Origin: Rhodothermales bacterium | GTDB taxonomy: Bacteria > Bacteroidota > Rhodothermia > Rhodothermales > Bin80 | Assembly: GCA_965262785.1 (NCBI GenBank) | Contig: OZ253559.1 | Coordinates: 2,158,597 to 2,222,596, forward strand | Length of the DNA stretch: 64,000 nt | Direction: 5' to 3' | Shown: positions 38,197-49,450 of the stretch, piece after piece | Numbering within the stretch: position 1 is the stretch's first letter | Layout of the letters: every line of letters starts with the position of its first letter | Notes under the pieces: generated by a model | What the model saw: only the letters and a program-made list of their open reading frames with translations | Told to the model about the DNA's origin: nothing | Database searches by the model: none | Made by a program: the position numbers and the translations under genes

Positions 38197-39228
38197 TCAG
38201 GATGAACGATACAGTCGCAAGAGTTCGTCAGTAGCAGCCCATGCGGTCTGCTCACCGGTGGCAACTTCCTCTTGCAGTGCCCGCAGCCTTGCAGACACCT
38301 CCGGGTGCGCAAGGAAGTCGGCGCGCAGCGCTTCCTCTGCGGCACGCTTTACATCAAGCCTTGCCTGGACTGCGCGATTTCTCTCAAAGTATCCGCTGCG
38401 CTTTGTTGCCTCTGCATGTGCCACGACGGCCTCCCACAACCCATCGATGCCGTCACCGGTGACGGCGGAGCAGCTCAGCACACTCGGGCGAATACCTGAA
38501 GGCCCGGCTGGGAAAAGCTTTAGCGAGCGCTTGTACTGACGCTGCGCCTCTTGAGCTTCTGCCATTGCCGGGCCATCGGTCTTGGCTACGGCAATGATGT
38601 CGGCTGCCTCCACGATGCCGCGCTTCACGGCCTGCAGTTCGTCCCCAGCCTGAGCTAGGACAAGAAGCAGTACTACGTCCACAATGCTGCGCACGGCCAC
38701 CTCGGATTGGCCGACGCCTACAGTTTCGACGAGGACGATTTCATAGCCTGCTGCCTCTACCAGGAGTATTGTCTGGCGCGCCGCCTGCGTTACGCCACCC
38801 AGGGTCCCGGCGGAGGGTGACGGTCGTATGAACGTTTGGTCGCTGGCTGCCAGCATGGGCATACGCGTCTTGTCTCCGAGGATACTGCCGCCCGTGAGCA
38901 CGCTCGTCGGATCCGTTGCCAGAACCGCCACGCGTCTGCCGAGGGCCACGAGCCGGCAGCCAAGGGTCTCTATCAGTGAGCTCTTGCCGACGCCAGGGGC
39001 GCCGGTTACTGCAATACGTAGTGCACCCCCGGCATGTGGCTGGCATTGAGTCAAAACCTCGCGTGCCAGCGCCTTGTCCGCCAGCCGGGTGCTTTCCAAG
39101 AGTGTGATCGCGCGTGCCAATAGGACATGATCGGCGGCTAGGACGCCATGTACGTAGTCAGACGCTGCCAGCCTCGGTCGGGCCTGAGCTTGCGTCAAGG
39201 AGGGGTTGATTTCCGGCACGTCTGCCAT
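38197..39228 (-). CDS. meaB: Methylmalonyl-CoA mutase-associated GTPase MeaB/ArgK
   Basis: GAPGVGKSSLIE P-loop, LVETVGVGQSE, and position directly after the mutase genes. Confidence 0.88.
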   Translation of the reverse strand: MADVPEINPSLTQAQARPRLAASDYVHGVLAADHVLLARAITLLESTRLADKALAREVLTQCQPHAGGALRIAVTGAPGVGKSSLIETLGCRLVALGRRVAVLATDPTSVLTGGSILGDKTRMPMLAASDQTFIRPSPSAGTLGGVTQAARQTILLVEAAGYEIVLVETVGVGQSEVAVRSIVDVVLLLVLAQAGDELQAVKRGIVEAADIIAVAKTDGPAMAEAQEAQRQYKRSLKLFPAGPSGIRPSVLSCSAVTGDGIDGLWEAVVAHAEATKRSGYFERNRAVQARLDVKRAAEEALRADFLAHPEVSARLRALQEEVATGEQTAWAATDELLRLYRSS

Positions 39229-39230
39229 GC

Positions 39231-41399
39231 CTACGACTTGCTTGACTCCCGATTGATTAGCAGGCGAAGGATCTCGGCGGCAGCCTCTGCGATCACCGTG
39301 CCCGGTCCGAAGATCCCCATGACGCCTGCCTGGTGCAACGAATCATAGTCTCGTGCGGGAACGATGCCCCCGACTATGACCATGATGTCCGGCCGGCCGA
39401 GCAGCTGGAGCTCGTGAATCAGCTGTGGCACCAGGACCATGTGCGCACCGGCAAGGCTGGAAACCCCCACCGCATGCACGTCATTCTCCATGGCCTGGCG
39501 TGCAGCTTCTGGCGGGGTCTGGAAGAGTGGGCCGACGTCCACGTCAAAGCCCAGGTCAGCAAATGATGTGGCTATGACCCGCGCGCCTCGGTCATGGCCA
39601 TCCTGGCCCAGCTTGGTTACAAGTATCCGGGCACGGCGACCCTCCAAGGCGGCGAAGCGGTTCGACAGGGCTAGGGTTTCCTGTGATGTGGCCGGGCCTT
39701 CAGACAAGTACACGCCAGGTGCTGTGGGTAGATTCGCCTGATGCCGTCCGTAGACGTCTTCCAGTGCGAGAGAGATTTCTCCCAAGGTAGCGCGAGTACG
39801 CACCGCGCGCACGGCGTACTCAAGAAGGTTACCCCTCCCAGAATGCGCTACGCGGCGGAGTGCCGCCAGCGCTGCGCAGGTCGATTCGCTATTGCGGCGC
39901 GCCTTAACGCGCACAAGGCGCCGGAGCTGCCGCTCCAGCACAGCGCTGTGCGCGACCTGCAGCAGATCAAATTCGGCCGGGTTGCCCGAACGGTACTGGT
40001 TGACACCGACCACGATGTCCTTTCGGCTGTCTATGCGTGCCTGCTTGCGGGCGGCCGCTTCGTCGATGCGAATCTTCGGAAGGCCCTTGGCGATCGCCCG
40101 CGTCATACCGCCGGCGTCTTCAATCTCCTGCAGGTGGGCCCAAGCCCTCTGCATGAGACGGTCTGTAAGGGTTTCCACATAGTAAGAGCCTGCCCACGGG
40201 TCAATCGATCGCGTGACATGCGATTCCTCTGCCAGGAAAAGCTGTGTGTTACGCGCTATGCGAGCTGAGAATTCAGACGGCAGGGCGAGCGCCTCGTCCA
40301 ATGCATTGGTGTGAAGAGACTGCGTCTGGCCAAAAACGGCCGAGAGTGCTTCGGACGTCGTGCGGGCGACATTGTTGTAGGGGTCTTGGGCGGTCAGGCT
40401 GTATCCAGAAGTCTGGCAGTGCATGCGTAGCGCCAAGGACTTCGGCTTTTCCGGCTTAAATGGCTTCATAAGACGAGCCCATAGCACGCGTGCGGCGCGC
40501 AGCTTGGCAATTTCCATGAAGTGGTGCATCCCAATGCCGAAGAAGAACGACAGTCGCGGCGCAAAGGAATCGATATCCAGTCCGGCCTTGAGACCGGTTC
40601 GCACGTACTCCAGCCCATTGGCCAGCGTGTATGCAAGTTCCAGGTCCGCGGGTGCCCCAGCCTCGTGCATATGGTAGCCGCTCACCGAAATGGAGTTAAA
40701 GCGTGGCATGTGTGCGGCCACGAAGGCAATGACATCGCTGGCGATTCGTAAGGACGCATCCGGCGGATAGATGTACGTGTTGCGCACCATGAATTCCTTC
40801 AGGATGTCATTCTGGATAGTCCCGTTGAGCGCATGGGGTGGCGTGCCCTGCTCCTCGGCGGCGACGATATAGAATGCCATGACCGGAAGGACCGCCCCGT
40901 TCATGGTCATGGATACCGAGTGGTCTGCCAAAGGAATGCCGTCAAAGAGGATCTTCATGTCCTCTACGGTATCCACGGCCACACCGGCTTTGCCGACATC
41001 ACCTGCAACCCGCTCATGATCGGAGTCGTACCCGCGATGCGTTGGAAGGTCGAAGGCAACCGATAGCCCGCGCTGGCCGGACGCGAGTGCCTTGTGATAG
41101 AAGGCGTTCGACTCTTCAGCCGTAGAGAAGCCGGCATACTGGCGAATCGTCCAAGGCTTGCCGACATACATCGTGCTGTATGGGCCACCCAAAAAAGGCG
41201 GGAGGCCGGGCACACACCGAGGTAGTTGGGCCTTGCGCAGGTCTTCCGCGCTATAGGTAGCCTGGATGGGAATGCGCTCGGGCGTCATCCAAGGCGCCTG
41301 GCGCGGGCCTGGCCAAGGAGTGGCTCCGATTCGCCGATACGGTATGGACGCCAGATCAACTCGCATTCTCTGCTGTATGGCGTTCGTTAAGGTTGTCAA
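39231..41399 (-). CDS. mutB: Methylmalonyl-CoA mutase large (alpha) subunit with a C-terminal B12-binding domain
   Basis: FTMRQYAG-type core ([16 protein letters not shown]) and B12 domain ([13 protein letters not shown]..., [12 protein letters not shown]). Confidence 0.9.
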   Translation of the reverse strand: MTTLTNAIQQRMRVDLASIPYRRIGATPWPGPRQAPWMTPERIPIQATYSAEDLRKAQLPRCVPGLPPFLGGPYSTMYVGKPWTIRQYAGFSTAEESNAFYHKALASGQRGLSVAFDLPTHRGYDSDHERVAGDVGKAGVAVDTVEDMKILFDGIPLADHSVSMTMNGAVLPVMAFYIVAAEEQGTPPHALNGTIQNDILKEFMVRNTYIYPPDASLRIASDVIAFVAAHMPRFNSISVSGYHMHEAGAPADLELAYTLANGLEYVRTGLKAGLDIDSFAPRLSFFFGIGMHHFMEIAKLRAARVLWARLMKPFKPEKPKSLALRMHCQTSGYSLTAQDPYNNVARTTSEALSAVFGQTQSLHTNALDEALALPSEFSARIARNTQLFLAEESHVTRSIDPWAGSYYVETLTDRLMQRAWAHLQEIEDAGGMTRAIAKGLPKIRIDEAAARKQARIDSRKDIVVGVNQYRSGNPAEFDLLQVAHSAVLERQLRRLVRVKARRNSESTCAALAALRRVAHSGRGNLLEYAVRAVRTRATLGEISLALEDVYGRHQANLPTAPGVYLSEGPATSQETLALSNRFAALEGRRARILVTKLGQDGHDRGARVIATSFADLGFDVDVGPLFQTPPEAARQAMENDVHAVGVSSLAGAHMVLVPQLIHELQLLGRPDIMVIVGGIVPARDYDSLHQAGVMGIFGPGTVIAEAAAEILRLLINRESSKS

Positions 41400-42990
41400 G
41401 CAGACTGTCCAGCACGCAGGTTATGCGGCACCCTGGATAGATATTAAGTTCAGTACCGTCCGGCTCCTCCGTGGTAGTGACGATTACCTGCAAAGAACGA
41501 GGCTGGGGCGTGGGACTCGATGCTGCGCGGCCAACCTGCACCAGGATCTGGGCATTATCAGTGTGCGCTTCACTCACCACGAATCCGCCAATGTTCAGGA
41601 CCCTTTTTGCCAGTGCTTTCAGAGACCGTAGTGCATTGTCCGTGCTGACCAGGTGCGCCACAGGGGGGTGCCCAAGGAGCGAAGTGAGCTCCTCCGTCCT
41701 GCGACGGACACGCTCAATGCTCGCCGCCGCGCGAAATGGCTCCTGATCAAAAAGGCCTGGGCCATTCGTATGAAATGGGATCGAAGGTGCATTAGTGGGT
41801 GCCGGGTATGCATTGACTCCCACCAAGGCTTCCTTACCAGAGTCTATGGCTGTAGCCTTGCGGTGCCGCTCTCCTTGAAGCATCCGGCCGATGGACCCGT
41901 CGCGGAGTAGCGCTTCAAAGCCGCCCTGCTTTTCGAATTCTTGGAGCATATCCCATGCTCTTCGTCCCAGCTCATCCGTAAGTGCTTCAATGTAGTAGGC
42001 CCCCGCACCAGGATCGCCTACGCTATCAAGGTGTGCTTCATGCTTAAGGATGAGCTGCATGCGGCATGCAAGCTCCGGATCTCCCAACTCCACGGTCAGC
42101 GCGTCACATCCGCCAACTATGGCGCTCATGGCCTGGCTGCTCGCGCGCACGATGTTCGTCGTGGGGTCAATGCCACTGTGGGATCGCTGCGAGGTTTCGG
42201 CGTGAATGAAGGCGGGTGCCCCCGTTGAACCATAAGCCTGGAATAGCTGGGCCGCGAGATGTCGCAGGGCGCGTAGCTTGGCAACTTCTGGCAGGTAGCT
42301 GGTCCCTACGTTGACATCATAGTATAGTCGATTTGCGATCTCGTTGGCATGCAGGCCTTGGTTTGTCAGCTTGGCAAGCAACGAAACGGTAGCACCAGCT
42401 GCGAAAGCGAGTTCCTGCACAATGGTGGCGCCGCTTCGGTGAAACGGGCGCACATCCACGCGAATGGTGCGCCAATGTGTCCCGTTGGCTGCCCTTGTCA
42501 GTGCAGCGATTTCGTGCAACGCCTCTGGTACCAGCGTGGCATCGCTGCCCATCGTGCCGCGAAGCGAGGTCGCATCAAAGCCTGACTTTTCTGCGTTTTC
42601 CCGCAGCCGGTGCAGAAGGGTGGCATTCCCGGCGGTCCAGTGAAGCGGAATCCGATCCAGCGGGACTGACTGCAGCAGTGCTGCCAAGTCAATTCCTTTG
42701 CTGCTATCGAGTCCTAGCGCGGTGGCGCCGCTCCTCAGCGCGGCTAACACAGTCTTGTTAGTCCCCTCGGCGCCTAAGTTGACGCGGTACTGCCAAGCTC
42801 CTCGGGACCACATCGGGCCCGTGTACTGTTGCACATCTTCATGTGTGTACAGCGGCTTGGCAACGAATCCGTCTGGAGAATGCCACGCCAGTTGCTCCAG
42901 GCTTTTACCCTGGTTGTGTATCTGCTGCGCCCATGCCGTCGCGCCGACAGGCGGGAAATACTCTTGAAGGTCCAGTGGACCGATCGACAT
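41356..42990 (-). CDS. mutA: Methylmalonyl-CoA mutase small (beta) subunit
   Basis: Mutase-fold paralogue lacking the canonical B12 DxHxxG. Immediately upstream of the alpha subunit and overlapping it. Confidence 0.75.
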   Translation of the reverse strand: MSIGPLDLQEYFPPVGATAWAQQIHNQGKSLEQLAWHSPDGFVAKPLYTHEDVQQYTGPMWSRGAWQYRVNLGAEGTNKTVLAALRSGATALGLDSSKGIDLAALLQSVPLDRIPLHWTAGNATLLHRLRENAEKSGFDATSLRGTMGSDATLVPEALHEIAALTRAANGTHWRTIRVDVRPFHRSGATIVQELAFAAGATVSLLAKLTNQGLHANEIANRLYYDVNVGTSYLPEVAKLRALRHLAAQLFQAYGSTGAPAFIHAETSQRSHSGIDPTTNIVRASSQAMSAIVGGCDALTVELGDPELACRMQLILKHEAHLDSVGDPGAGAYYIEALTDELGRRAWDMLQEFEKQGGFEALLRDGSIGRMLQGERHRKATAIDSGKEALVGVNAYPAPTNAPSIPFHTNGPGLFDQEPFRAAASIERVRRRTEELTSLLGHPPVAHLVSTDNALRSLKALAKRVLNIGGFVVSEAHTDNAQILVQVGRAASSPTPQPRSLQVIVTTTEEPDGTELNIYPGCRITCVLDSLLDNLNERHTAENAS

Positions 42991-43078
42991 GGCTAGTTAC
43001 GACGATGAATTTGGGAAATAATTGAACGCCCACGCCGCTTTATGGGTGCATTCAGGGCCAAGGTTGGGCGACCGGCAC

Positions 43079-43624
43079 CTATGATCCCTGCCCCAAAGTC
43101 CTCCGGTATCCCCGTACAATGTCGAAGATGGCAATGCCATACGCCACAGCGACATTTAGTGACTGTTTGGCACCATAGAGCGGGATTTCCAGCGCATGGT
43201 CGGCCAGCGCCAGCAATTCGTCTTGCACGCCACTTAGCTCGTTGCCCACTATAAGGCACAGCGGAAACATCGAAGGCCCAACTCTGGTGGTCAGCGTAGG
43301 GTTGGTTGTGATTTCCAGTGCAGCGATGGTGTAGCCATTTTGTTTAAGAGCCTTAACCGATGCTAGGCCGTCTTTTTTGTAGACCCACGGCACGGTATCC
43401 TGTGAGCCCAGCGCGGTCTTGTGAAGTCCACGGTTTTCCGGCGTGCCAGTGATGCCGGTCAGGACAAGCCGCTCTACTAACGCTGCGTCACTGGTGCGAA
43501 AGATCGCGCCAACGTTGTAAAGCGAACGAACATTGTCAACGAGAACTGTCACCGGATGCCGTGCCGTTCCACGAACATCTGTCGGACTCAGGCGTGGGAT
43601 CTCGTCGTGTCTGAGTTTTCTCAA
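43079..43624 (-). CDS. SpoU/TrmH-family RNA 2'-O-methyltransferase
   Basis: SpoU motifs (NVGAIFRTSDA, LIVGNELSGV, IPLYGAKQSLNVAVA). TTG start. Confidence 0.8.
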   Translation of the reverse strand: MRKLRHDEIPRLSPTDVRGTARHPVTVLVDNVRSLYNVGAIFRTSDAALVERLVLTGITGTPENRGLHKTALGSQDTVPWVYKKDGLASVKALKQNGYTIAALEITTNPTLTTRVGPSMFPLCLIVGNELSGVQDELLALADHALEIPLYGAKQSLNVAVAYGIAIFDIVRGYRRTLGQGS

Positions 43625-43668
43625 GCTACACTCCTATATTTCTCCGTCCTAATCTGTCTGGGGCCCTA

Positions 43669-44343
43669 TTGATTGTAGCCATTGATGGACCGGCAGGATC
43701 CGGCAAGAGTACTACGGCACGGCACGTAGCGAATGCTGTGGGCTTTTTCCACCTGAATTCAGGCTTGATGTACCGGGGGGTGGCGCTCGCATTCTTGAGA
43801 AATCAGGCGCTACCTACGGGATCGGAGGTTGCGCACTTTTTAGGCACGCAACCGCTGACGGCCGCCTACGAGAAAGGAGCACTCTGCCTCCGTCTGACTG
43901 GTGAAGATATCCTTCCACTGCTCAGGGATCCAGAGGTGTCCGCCATGGCGAGCAAGGTTGCTGTGCTCCAACCCGTACGTTGGGCCCTGGTAGCCATGCA
44001 GCGAGCGCTAGGCAGAGAGTACGGTGTCACGCCGGGTCTGGTCGTGGAAGGTCGGGACATAGGAACGGAGGTCTTCCCAGATGCTGAAGTGAAGATATTC
44101 ATGACGGCCTCGCTCGGGGTACGCGCGCGCCGTCGACATGCTGAACTCCTAGCCAGGGGGCAAGTAATGGCTCTTGATGCCATAGAATCGGCCATCGCGC
44201 TACGCGACCGGCAGGATGCGCGGCGCAAGCATTCTCCCTTGCGCCAGGCGCGCGACGCGATCGTGCTGGATACGGATTCCTACTCCATGGAAGAACAGGT
44301 CGAGTTTATCCTGGCACGCATCCGGGAACATACGGTGCGTTAA
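43669..44343 (+). CDS. cmk: Cytidylate kinase
   Basis: IVAIDGPAGSGKST P-loop and a Cmk-collinear sequence. TTG start. Followed by rpsA, as in many bacteria. Confidence 0.88.
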   Translation: MIVAIDGPAGSGKSTTARHVANAVGFFHLNSGLMYRGVALAFLRNQALPTGSEVAHFLGTQPLTAAYEKGALCLRLTGEDILPLLRDPEVSAMASKVAVLQPVRWALVAMQRALGREYGVTPGLVVEGRDIGTEVFPDAEVKIFMTASLGVRARRRHAELLARGQVMALDAIESAIALRDRQDARRKHSPLRQARDAIVLDTDSYSMEEQVEFILARIREHTVR

Positions 44344-44445
44344 GGCGGTATACTGTGTCTTTGTACTCGCGGCAGAGCGCATTGCTCTGCCTTTTTTTGC
44401 CACCCAAAACCGGAAATAGCAAGCTCCGGAATTTACCTCTCGTAC

Positions 44446-46692
44446 ATGTCAACTAACCCAGGAGCTAGTGAAACGGCCTCCGACGAGGCAGAGGCCACCA
44501 CGGAAGGAACAGTAGACACCACCCAGACATCAGACATTGATGCGGCAGATGTCGCATCAGAACCGGTATCCACGGCCGCGGCTGCAACGATTACCGTGCC
44601 GAATGGAGCACCATTGCCAGAAGAAGACACTGAAATCTTTGACTCTGAGGTTGTGGCTAGCGACGCGCCCAGTGATGAAGGCCACCCACCCGAACAGGGC
44701 GTAGAGGTGCCTGCTGCCCCGGAGGCAGCGGCGTTAGCGACTGCCGTAGCCGAGTCCCCCGAGTCCCCCGAGCCCGCCGAGTCCGCCGAGCCCCCCGATG
44801 TGCCTGAGCCCATGGTCATGCACATGTTTGGCCATACCGGCAAGATTGTAGGACCAGTATTTCGACTGGAGGAGCTAGAGGGAACCGCCGAAGACAAGCA
44901 GCGCGAAGCACTTGACCGTGCGGACCTCCTGGCCCTGATCGAGCCTACACTGACCAAGGTTTCCAAGAACGAAATCGTCGGCGGCCGCATCGTTGGAATT
45001 GGCGACAAGGAGGTAGTCATCGACATTGGGTTCAAGAGCGATGGCGTCGTGTCCAAGAGCGAGTTCGCCAATGACATTGAGGTCGGTGCCGCAGTAGAGG
45101 TCTTTCTTGAGCGCATTGAGGACTATCACGGGCAGCTCGTCCTCTCAAAGACGAAGGCCGACAAAGTACGGCGCTGGCAGGCCGTCGTCAGTGCATTCGA
45201 AAACGGCACCGTACTTGAAGGTACCGTTAAGCGGCGCATAAAGGGCGGCATGATTGTCGAGCTGCTCAACGGTCTGGATGCATTCTTGCCCGGATCTCAG
45301 ATCGATGTTCGGCCCGTGCGCGATTTCGATGCGTACCTCGAGCGTCGGATGGAGTTTAAGATAGTCAAGATCAACGAGGCCAATGAGAACGTAGTGGTTT
45401 CGCACAAGGCGCTGATTGAGAAAGAGCTGGCTGCTCAGCGCAGGCTTATCCTTGACACGATGGAGGCGGGCCAGATCCTGGAGGGATCCGTTAAGAATAT
45501 CACCGACTTTGGCGTGTTTGTAGACTTGGGCGGCGTTGACGGACTGTTACATATCACAGACCTTTCCTGGGGTCGCGTATCGCATCCTTCCGAGGTCGTG
45601 AACTTGGACCAGGACCTCAAAGTGGTGGTCCTGGACTATGACAAAGAGCGCCAGCGCATCTCGTTGGGATATAAGCAGTTGCAGCCGCACCCGTGGGATG
45701 ATGTATTCCAGCGGATCAAGCCGCAGGACACCGTTGAAGGCAAGGTCGTGTCAATCACGGACTACGGTGCCTTTGTGGAGATCGAAAAGGGCATAGAAGG
45801 ACTGGTCCACATCTCCGAGATGAGCTGGACCGACCACATTCGGCATCCTTCGCAGAAGGTGTCCCTTGGCCAGATGGTCAAGGTCGTGGTTCTCAGCATG
45901 GACAATGAGAACAAGAAGATTTCCCTGGGAATGAAGCAATTCGAGAAGAATCCTTGGGAAGGAATTGCAGTGCGCTACGCGCCGGGTACGGTGCTCAGTG
46001 GTTCTGTTCGCAACATCACCAACTTTGGTGTTTTTGTAGAAATTGAACCAGGGATTGACGGTCTCGTACACATCTCGGATTTGTCATGGACGAAGAAGAT
46101 CCGCCATCCTGGGGAGCTGGTCCGGAAGCGGCAGGAGCTGTCTGTCGTGGTGCTTGATGTAGATGAGCACCGCCGCCGAATTTCGCTCGGGCACAAGCAG
46201 ATTGAAACAAACCCGTGGACCGGGTTGGCCACCGTCTACGAGGAAGGGTCGGATCATACCGCGAAAATTTTGCGCGTCGATAACAAGGGGGTGGTAGTTG
46301 AGCTACCGCTCGAAGTCGAAGCGTATGTGCCTGCGCGCGAACTCAAGAATACTGAGCAGAGCATCTTCAGCTCGTACCATGAGGGGGAGGAGCTTGAATT
46401 GCGCGTCATCCGAATGGATGTCGGTGCGAAAGAGATTATCATGAGTGAATCCGCGCGCGAGCGACAGCAGGCGCGCAAGCAGCGTGATGACGAGGCGAGA
46501 GAGAAGCGAGTCGAGCGTCAGCGTGAAGAGCGCGTGGTACGCAAGTACACGAAACGCCAGAAGGCAGCCTCGGGCCCCACGACACTTGGAGAACTGAGCG
46601 GCTTGAAGGGTCTGCAAAAGAAAATGGCGGCATCGGAGAAACAGGAGCTAAAAGCCGCAACCAAAGAAGAGCCGGTCGAGAACGTACAATAG
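44446..46692 (+). CDS. rpsA: 30S ribosomal protein S1 with a ~135-aa acidic N-terminal extension and a basic C-terminal tail
   Basis: Six S1 OB-fold repeats (G.V..I..FG.FV.L.G..GL.H.S). 748 aa, against about 560 aa in typical S1. Confidence 0.9.
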   Translation: MSTNPGASETASDEAEATTEGTVDTTQTSDIDAADVASEPVSTAAAATITVPNGAPLPEEDTEIFDSEVVASDAPSDEGHPPEQGVEVPAAPEAAALATAVAESPESPEPAESAEPPDVPEPMVMHMFGHTGKIVGPVFRLEELEGTAEDKQREALDRADLLALIEPTLTKVSKNEIVGGRIVGIGDKEVVIDIGFKSDGVVSKSEFANDIEVGAAVEVFLERIEDYHGQLVLSKTKADKVRRWQAVVSAFENGTVLEGTVKRRIKGGMIVELLNGLDAFLPGSQIDVRPVRDFDAYLERRMEFKIVKINEANENVVVSHKALIEKELAAQRRLILDTMEAGQILEGSVKNITDFGVFVDLGGVDGLLHITDLSWGRVSHPSEVVNLDQDLKVVVLDYDKERQRISLGYKQLQPHPWDDVFQRIKPQDTVEGKVVSITDYGAFVEIEKGIEGLVHISEMSWTDHIRHPSQKVSLGQMVKVVVLSMDNENKKISLGMKQFEKNPWEGIAVRYAPGTVLSGSVRNITNFGVFVEIEPGIDGLVHISDLSWTKKIRHPGELVRKRQELSVVVLDVDEHRRRISLGHKQIETNPWTGLATVYEEGSDHTAKILRVDNKGVVVELPLEVEAYVPARELKNTEQSIFSSYHEGEELELRVIRMDVGAKEIIMSESARERQQARKQRDDEAREKRVERQREERVVRKYTKRQKAASGPTTLGELSGLKGLQKKMAASEKQELKAATKEEPVENVQ
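44752..44796 (+). repeat. In-frame 9-bp tandem repeat (5 units, GAG-YCC-SCC) inside the rpsA N-terminal extension
   Basis: gagtccccc gagtccccc gagcccgcc gagtccgcc gagcccccc, encoding ESPESPEPAESAEPP. Confidence 0.85.
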
Positions 46693-46745
46693 AGCCTCGC
46701 GCACATAGCCTTGATTGTACAATTCAGACGACCCCTTTTCTCGGC

Positions 46746-48272
46746 ATGACAGGGAATGAAATCCTAGCTTCGCTCGGCATCGCTAGCAGGCCCTTAGGCT
46801 TGGCCATCGGAAGCAGCTATGCTACCGGTAGCGGACCGGTTATTCCTACCTACAGCCCTATCGACGGAACCCTCATAGCCGAGGTGGGGTCGGCGGCGCC
46901 GGTAGATGTCGGGCATGCCACCAAGGCGGCCCTCCAGGCGTTTGCGGCGTGGCGCATCGTTCCCGCGCCAGCCCGCGGCGAGCTAGTACGGCGCTATGCT
47001 GCCGTGCTGCGAGAAAACAAGGTCGCACTTGGTGCGCTCTTGACGCTGGAGGTCGGCAAGATCCGGGAAGAGGCCGAAGGTGAAGTCCAGGAGATGATTG
47101 ACATCTGTGACTTTGCCGTAGGCCTAAGCCGTCAGCTCTACGGCAGGACTATTCAAAGCGAGCGCCCGGCTCACCGCCTCATGGAGCAATGGCACCCCTT
47201 GGGGCCGGTCGGGGTGATCTCGGCATTCAACTTTCCTGTAGCCGTGTGGGCCTGGAATGCTGCACTCGCGCTGGTGTGCGGAGATCCAGTTGTATGGAAA
47301 CCCTCAGAGAAGGCTCCTCTGTGCGCCTTCGCATGCCACCGACTGTTACAGGAGGTGGTCCAAGACTATGAGCTGGCGCCGGATCCCTTGAGCATCGTAA
47401 TCAACGGTGGCCGCGAGGTAGGCCAGGCAGTTGCGGCCAGTCCGGACTTGCCGCTGATATCGGCGACGGGATCCGTTCCCATGGGATGCAGCGTCGGCCA
47501 GGTAGTTGCGGCTAGACTGGGACGTTCACTGCTGGAGCTGGGTGGAAACAACGCACTGGTGGTCACTCCTTCGGCTGACTTGGACCTGGCACTGAAGGCC
47601 ATCACCTTCGCCGCCGTGGGCACGACAGGGCAAAGGTGTACGACGCTGCGTCGACTTATAGTACACCGAACCATAAAGGAAGGCCTGGTTCGGCGGTTGC
47701 TGAGAGCATTTGGCACCATCAGGATCGGGGATCCTCGTGAACCGGGCGTCCTAGTCGGTCCACTGATAGATCAGCAGGCAGTCGCCAGCATGAATCAGGC
47801 ACTGGCGCAAGCACGTGTGCAAGGCGGCATCGTACACGGAGGCGGACGCGCAGAAGAAGGAGTTGCCGGTGGCGCCTATGTGCGTCCGGCCATCGTGGAG
47901 ATCGCCCATGATGCGCCGATCGTCCAGAGGGAGACGTTTGCCCCAATCCTGTACGTGATGGGCTACGACTCTCTTGAGGAGGCGGTAGCTTATCAGAACG
48001 AAGTACCGCAGGGCCTCTCCAGCGCAATCTTTACTGGGGACGTCCGCGAGGCGGAGCGGTTCTGCTCGGCTGAGGGGAGCGACTGCGGCATTGCAAACGT
48101 AAACATCGGCACCAGTGGCGCCGAGATAGGCGGTGCGTTTGGTGGCGAAAAAGAGACCGGCGGCGGCCGCGAAAGCGGGTCCGACGCTTGGAAGAGCTAT
48201 ATGCGTCGCGCCACCAACACTATTAACTACGGTCGGTCTCTGCCTCTGGCACAGGGCATTCAATTCGAGTAG
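46746..48272 (+). CDS. ALDH7-type aldehyde dehydrogenase (piperideine-6-carboxylate / alpha-aminoadipic semialdehyde dehydrogenase-like)
   Basis: EAEGEVQEMIDICDFAVGLSRQLYG, FNFPVAVWAWN, KPSEKAPL, ELGGNN, GQRCT. These are typical of the ALDH7 branch. Confidence 0.75.
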   Translation: MTGNEILASLGIASRPLGLAIGSSYATGSGPVIPTYSPIDGTLIAEVGSAAPVDVGHATKAALQAFAAWRIVPAPARGELVRRYAAVLRENKVALGALLTLEVGKIREEAEGEVQEMIDICDFAVGLSRQLYGRTIQSERPAHRLMEQWHPLGPVGVISAFNFPVAVWAWNAALALVCGDPVVWKPSEKAPLCAFACHRLLQEVVQDYELAPDPLSIVINGGREVGQAVAASPDLPLISATGSVPMGCSVGQVVAARLGRSLLELGGNNALVVTPSADLDLALKAITFAAVGTTGQRCTTLRRLIVHRTIKEGLVRRLLRAFGTIRIGDPREPGVLVGPLIDQQAVASMNQALAQARVQGGIVHGGGRAEEGVAGGAYVRPAIVEIAHDAPIVQRETFAPILYVMGYDSLEEAVAYQNEVPQGLSSAIFTGDVREAERFCSAEGSDCGIANVNIGTSGAEIGGAFGGEKETGGGRESGSDAWKSYMRRATNTINYGRSLPLAQGIQFE

Positions 48273-48277
48273 TTCAT

Positions 48278-49450
48278 ATGTCTCGTTCGATCGCAGCTCG
48301 CGCACGCTCGGTGCAGCCGAGCGGCATCCGCCGCTTTTTTGAGATAGCGGCTTCAATGGATGATGTTATTTCGCTGGGCATTGGGGAGCCCGACTTTGTC
48401 ACGCCCCAGCCGGTGATTGAAGCTGCAAAGGCCTCCTTGGCGCGGGGCCAGACTGGATATACTTCAAATGCAGGCCTGCTTGAGTTGCGTGAGCTTATTG
48501 CCGCTATGGTAAATCGGCGGTACGGCTTGGATTACGAGCCCGATAACATCCTGGTGACCGTGGGGGTAAGCGAGGCCCTTCAGTTGGCAATGCTGGCGCT
48601 GTTGGACCCGGCAGATGAAATTCTGATACCGGAGCCGTGTTTTGTTTCGTATGGACCCGCCGCATCATTTGCGGGTGCAAAGGTCGTGTACGTACCTACA
48701 TCCGCAGCGCGCAACTTTGAGGTTTCTGCCGAAGACATCGCACGCCACATCACGCCGCGGTCGAAAATGCTGTTTCTCTCCTACCCCAGCAACCCGACCG
48801 GAGCGGTGTTGCGTCGGGAGACTATGGAAGAGATTGCTGAGCTTGTAGTGCAACACGACCTTTGGGTGCTTTCGGATGAGATTTACGACCTGCTGATTTA
48901 CGGCGAGGCCCGTGAAGCCGGTCACACGTGCGTGGCCGCTATAGATGGCCTGCGTGAGCGGACGGTGCTTCTAAACGGGTTTTCCAAGGGGTACGCCATG
49001 ACCGGCTGGCGCCTGGGTTACGCTTGTGCGAAAGAGCCGGCGTACAACGCTATGTACAAGATTCACCAGTATATGGTGATGAGTGCGCCCACTATGGCGC
49101 AGTATGGTGCCTTGGCTGCGCTCACAGAATGTGATGATGACGTGGAGCGCATGCGGCGGGCGTACGCAAAGCGGAGACGCCTGATCGTCGACGGGCTGCG
49201 CGGGGCAGGGCTGCCGACATTCGAACCGGGCGGGGCCTTTTACTGCTTTCCGGACATTCGCTCCACCGGCTTGACATCGGAGAAATTTGCGCAGGCACTC
49301 ATTCAAGAGGAGCGCGTTGCAGCGGTGCCGGGCGATGCCTTCGGACCGAGCGGTGCCGGATTTCTGCGATGCAGCTACGCTACGGCGTACGACAAGATTG
49401 AAGAAGCCGTGCGCCGCATTCAATCACTAGCTGCGCGTGTTCGGGCATGA
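48278..49450 (+). CDS. Class I/II PLP-dependent aminotransferase (AspC-like)
   Basis: GEPDF, YPSNPTG, and SFSKGYAMTGWRLGY (PLP lysine). Confidence 0.82.
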   Translation: MSRSIAARARSVQPSGIRRFFEIAASMDDVISLGIGEPDFVTPQPVIEAAKASLARGQTGYTSNAGLLELRELIAAMVNRRYGLDYEPDNILVTVGVSEALQLAMLALLDPADEILIPEPCFVSYGPAASFAGAKVVYVPTSAARNFEVSAEDIARHITPRSKMLFLSYPSNPTGAVLRRETMEEIAELVVQHDLWVLSDEIYDLLIYGEAREAGHTCVAAIDGLRERTVLLNGFSKGYAMTGWRLGYACAKEPAYNAMYKIHQYMVMSAPTMAQYGALAALTECDDDVERMRRAYAKRRRLIVDGLRGAGLPTFEPGGAFYCFPDIRSTGLTSEKFAQALIQEERVAAVPGDAFGPSGAGFLRCSYATAYDKIEEAVRRIQSLAARVRA

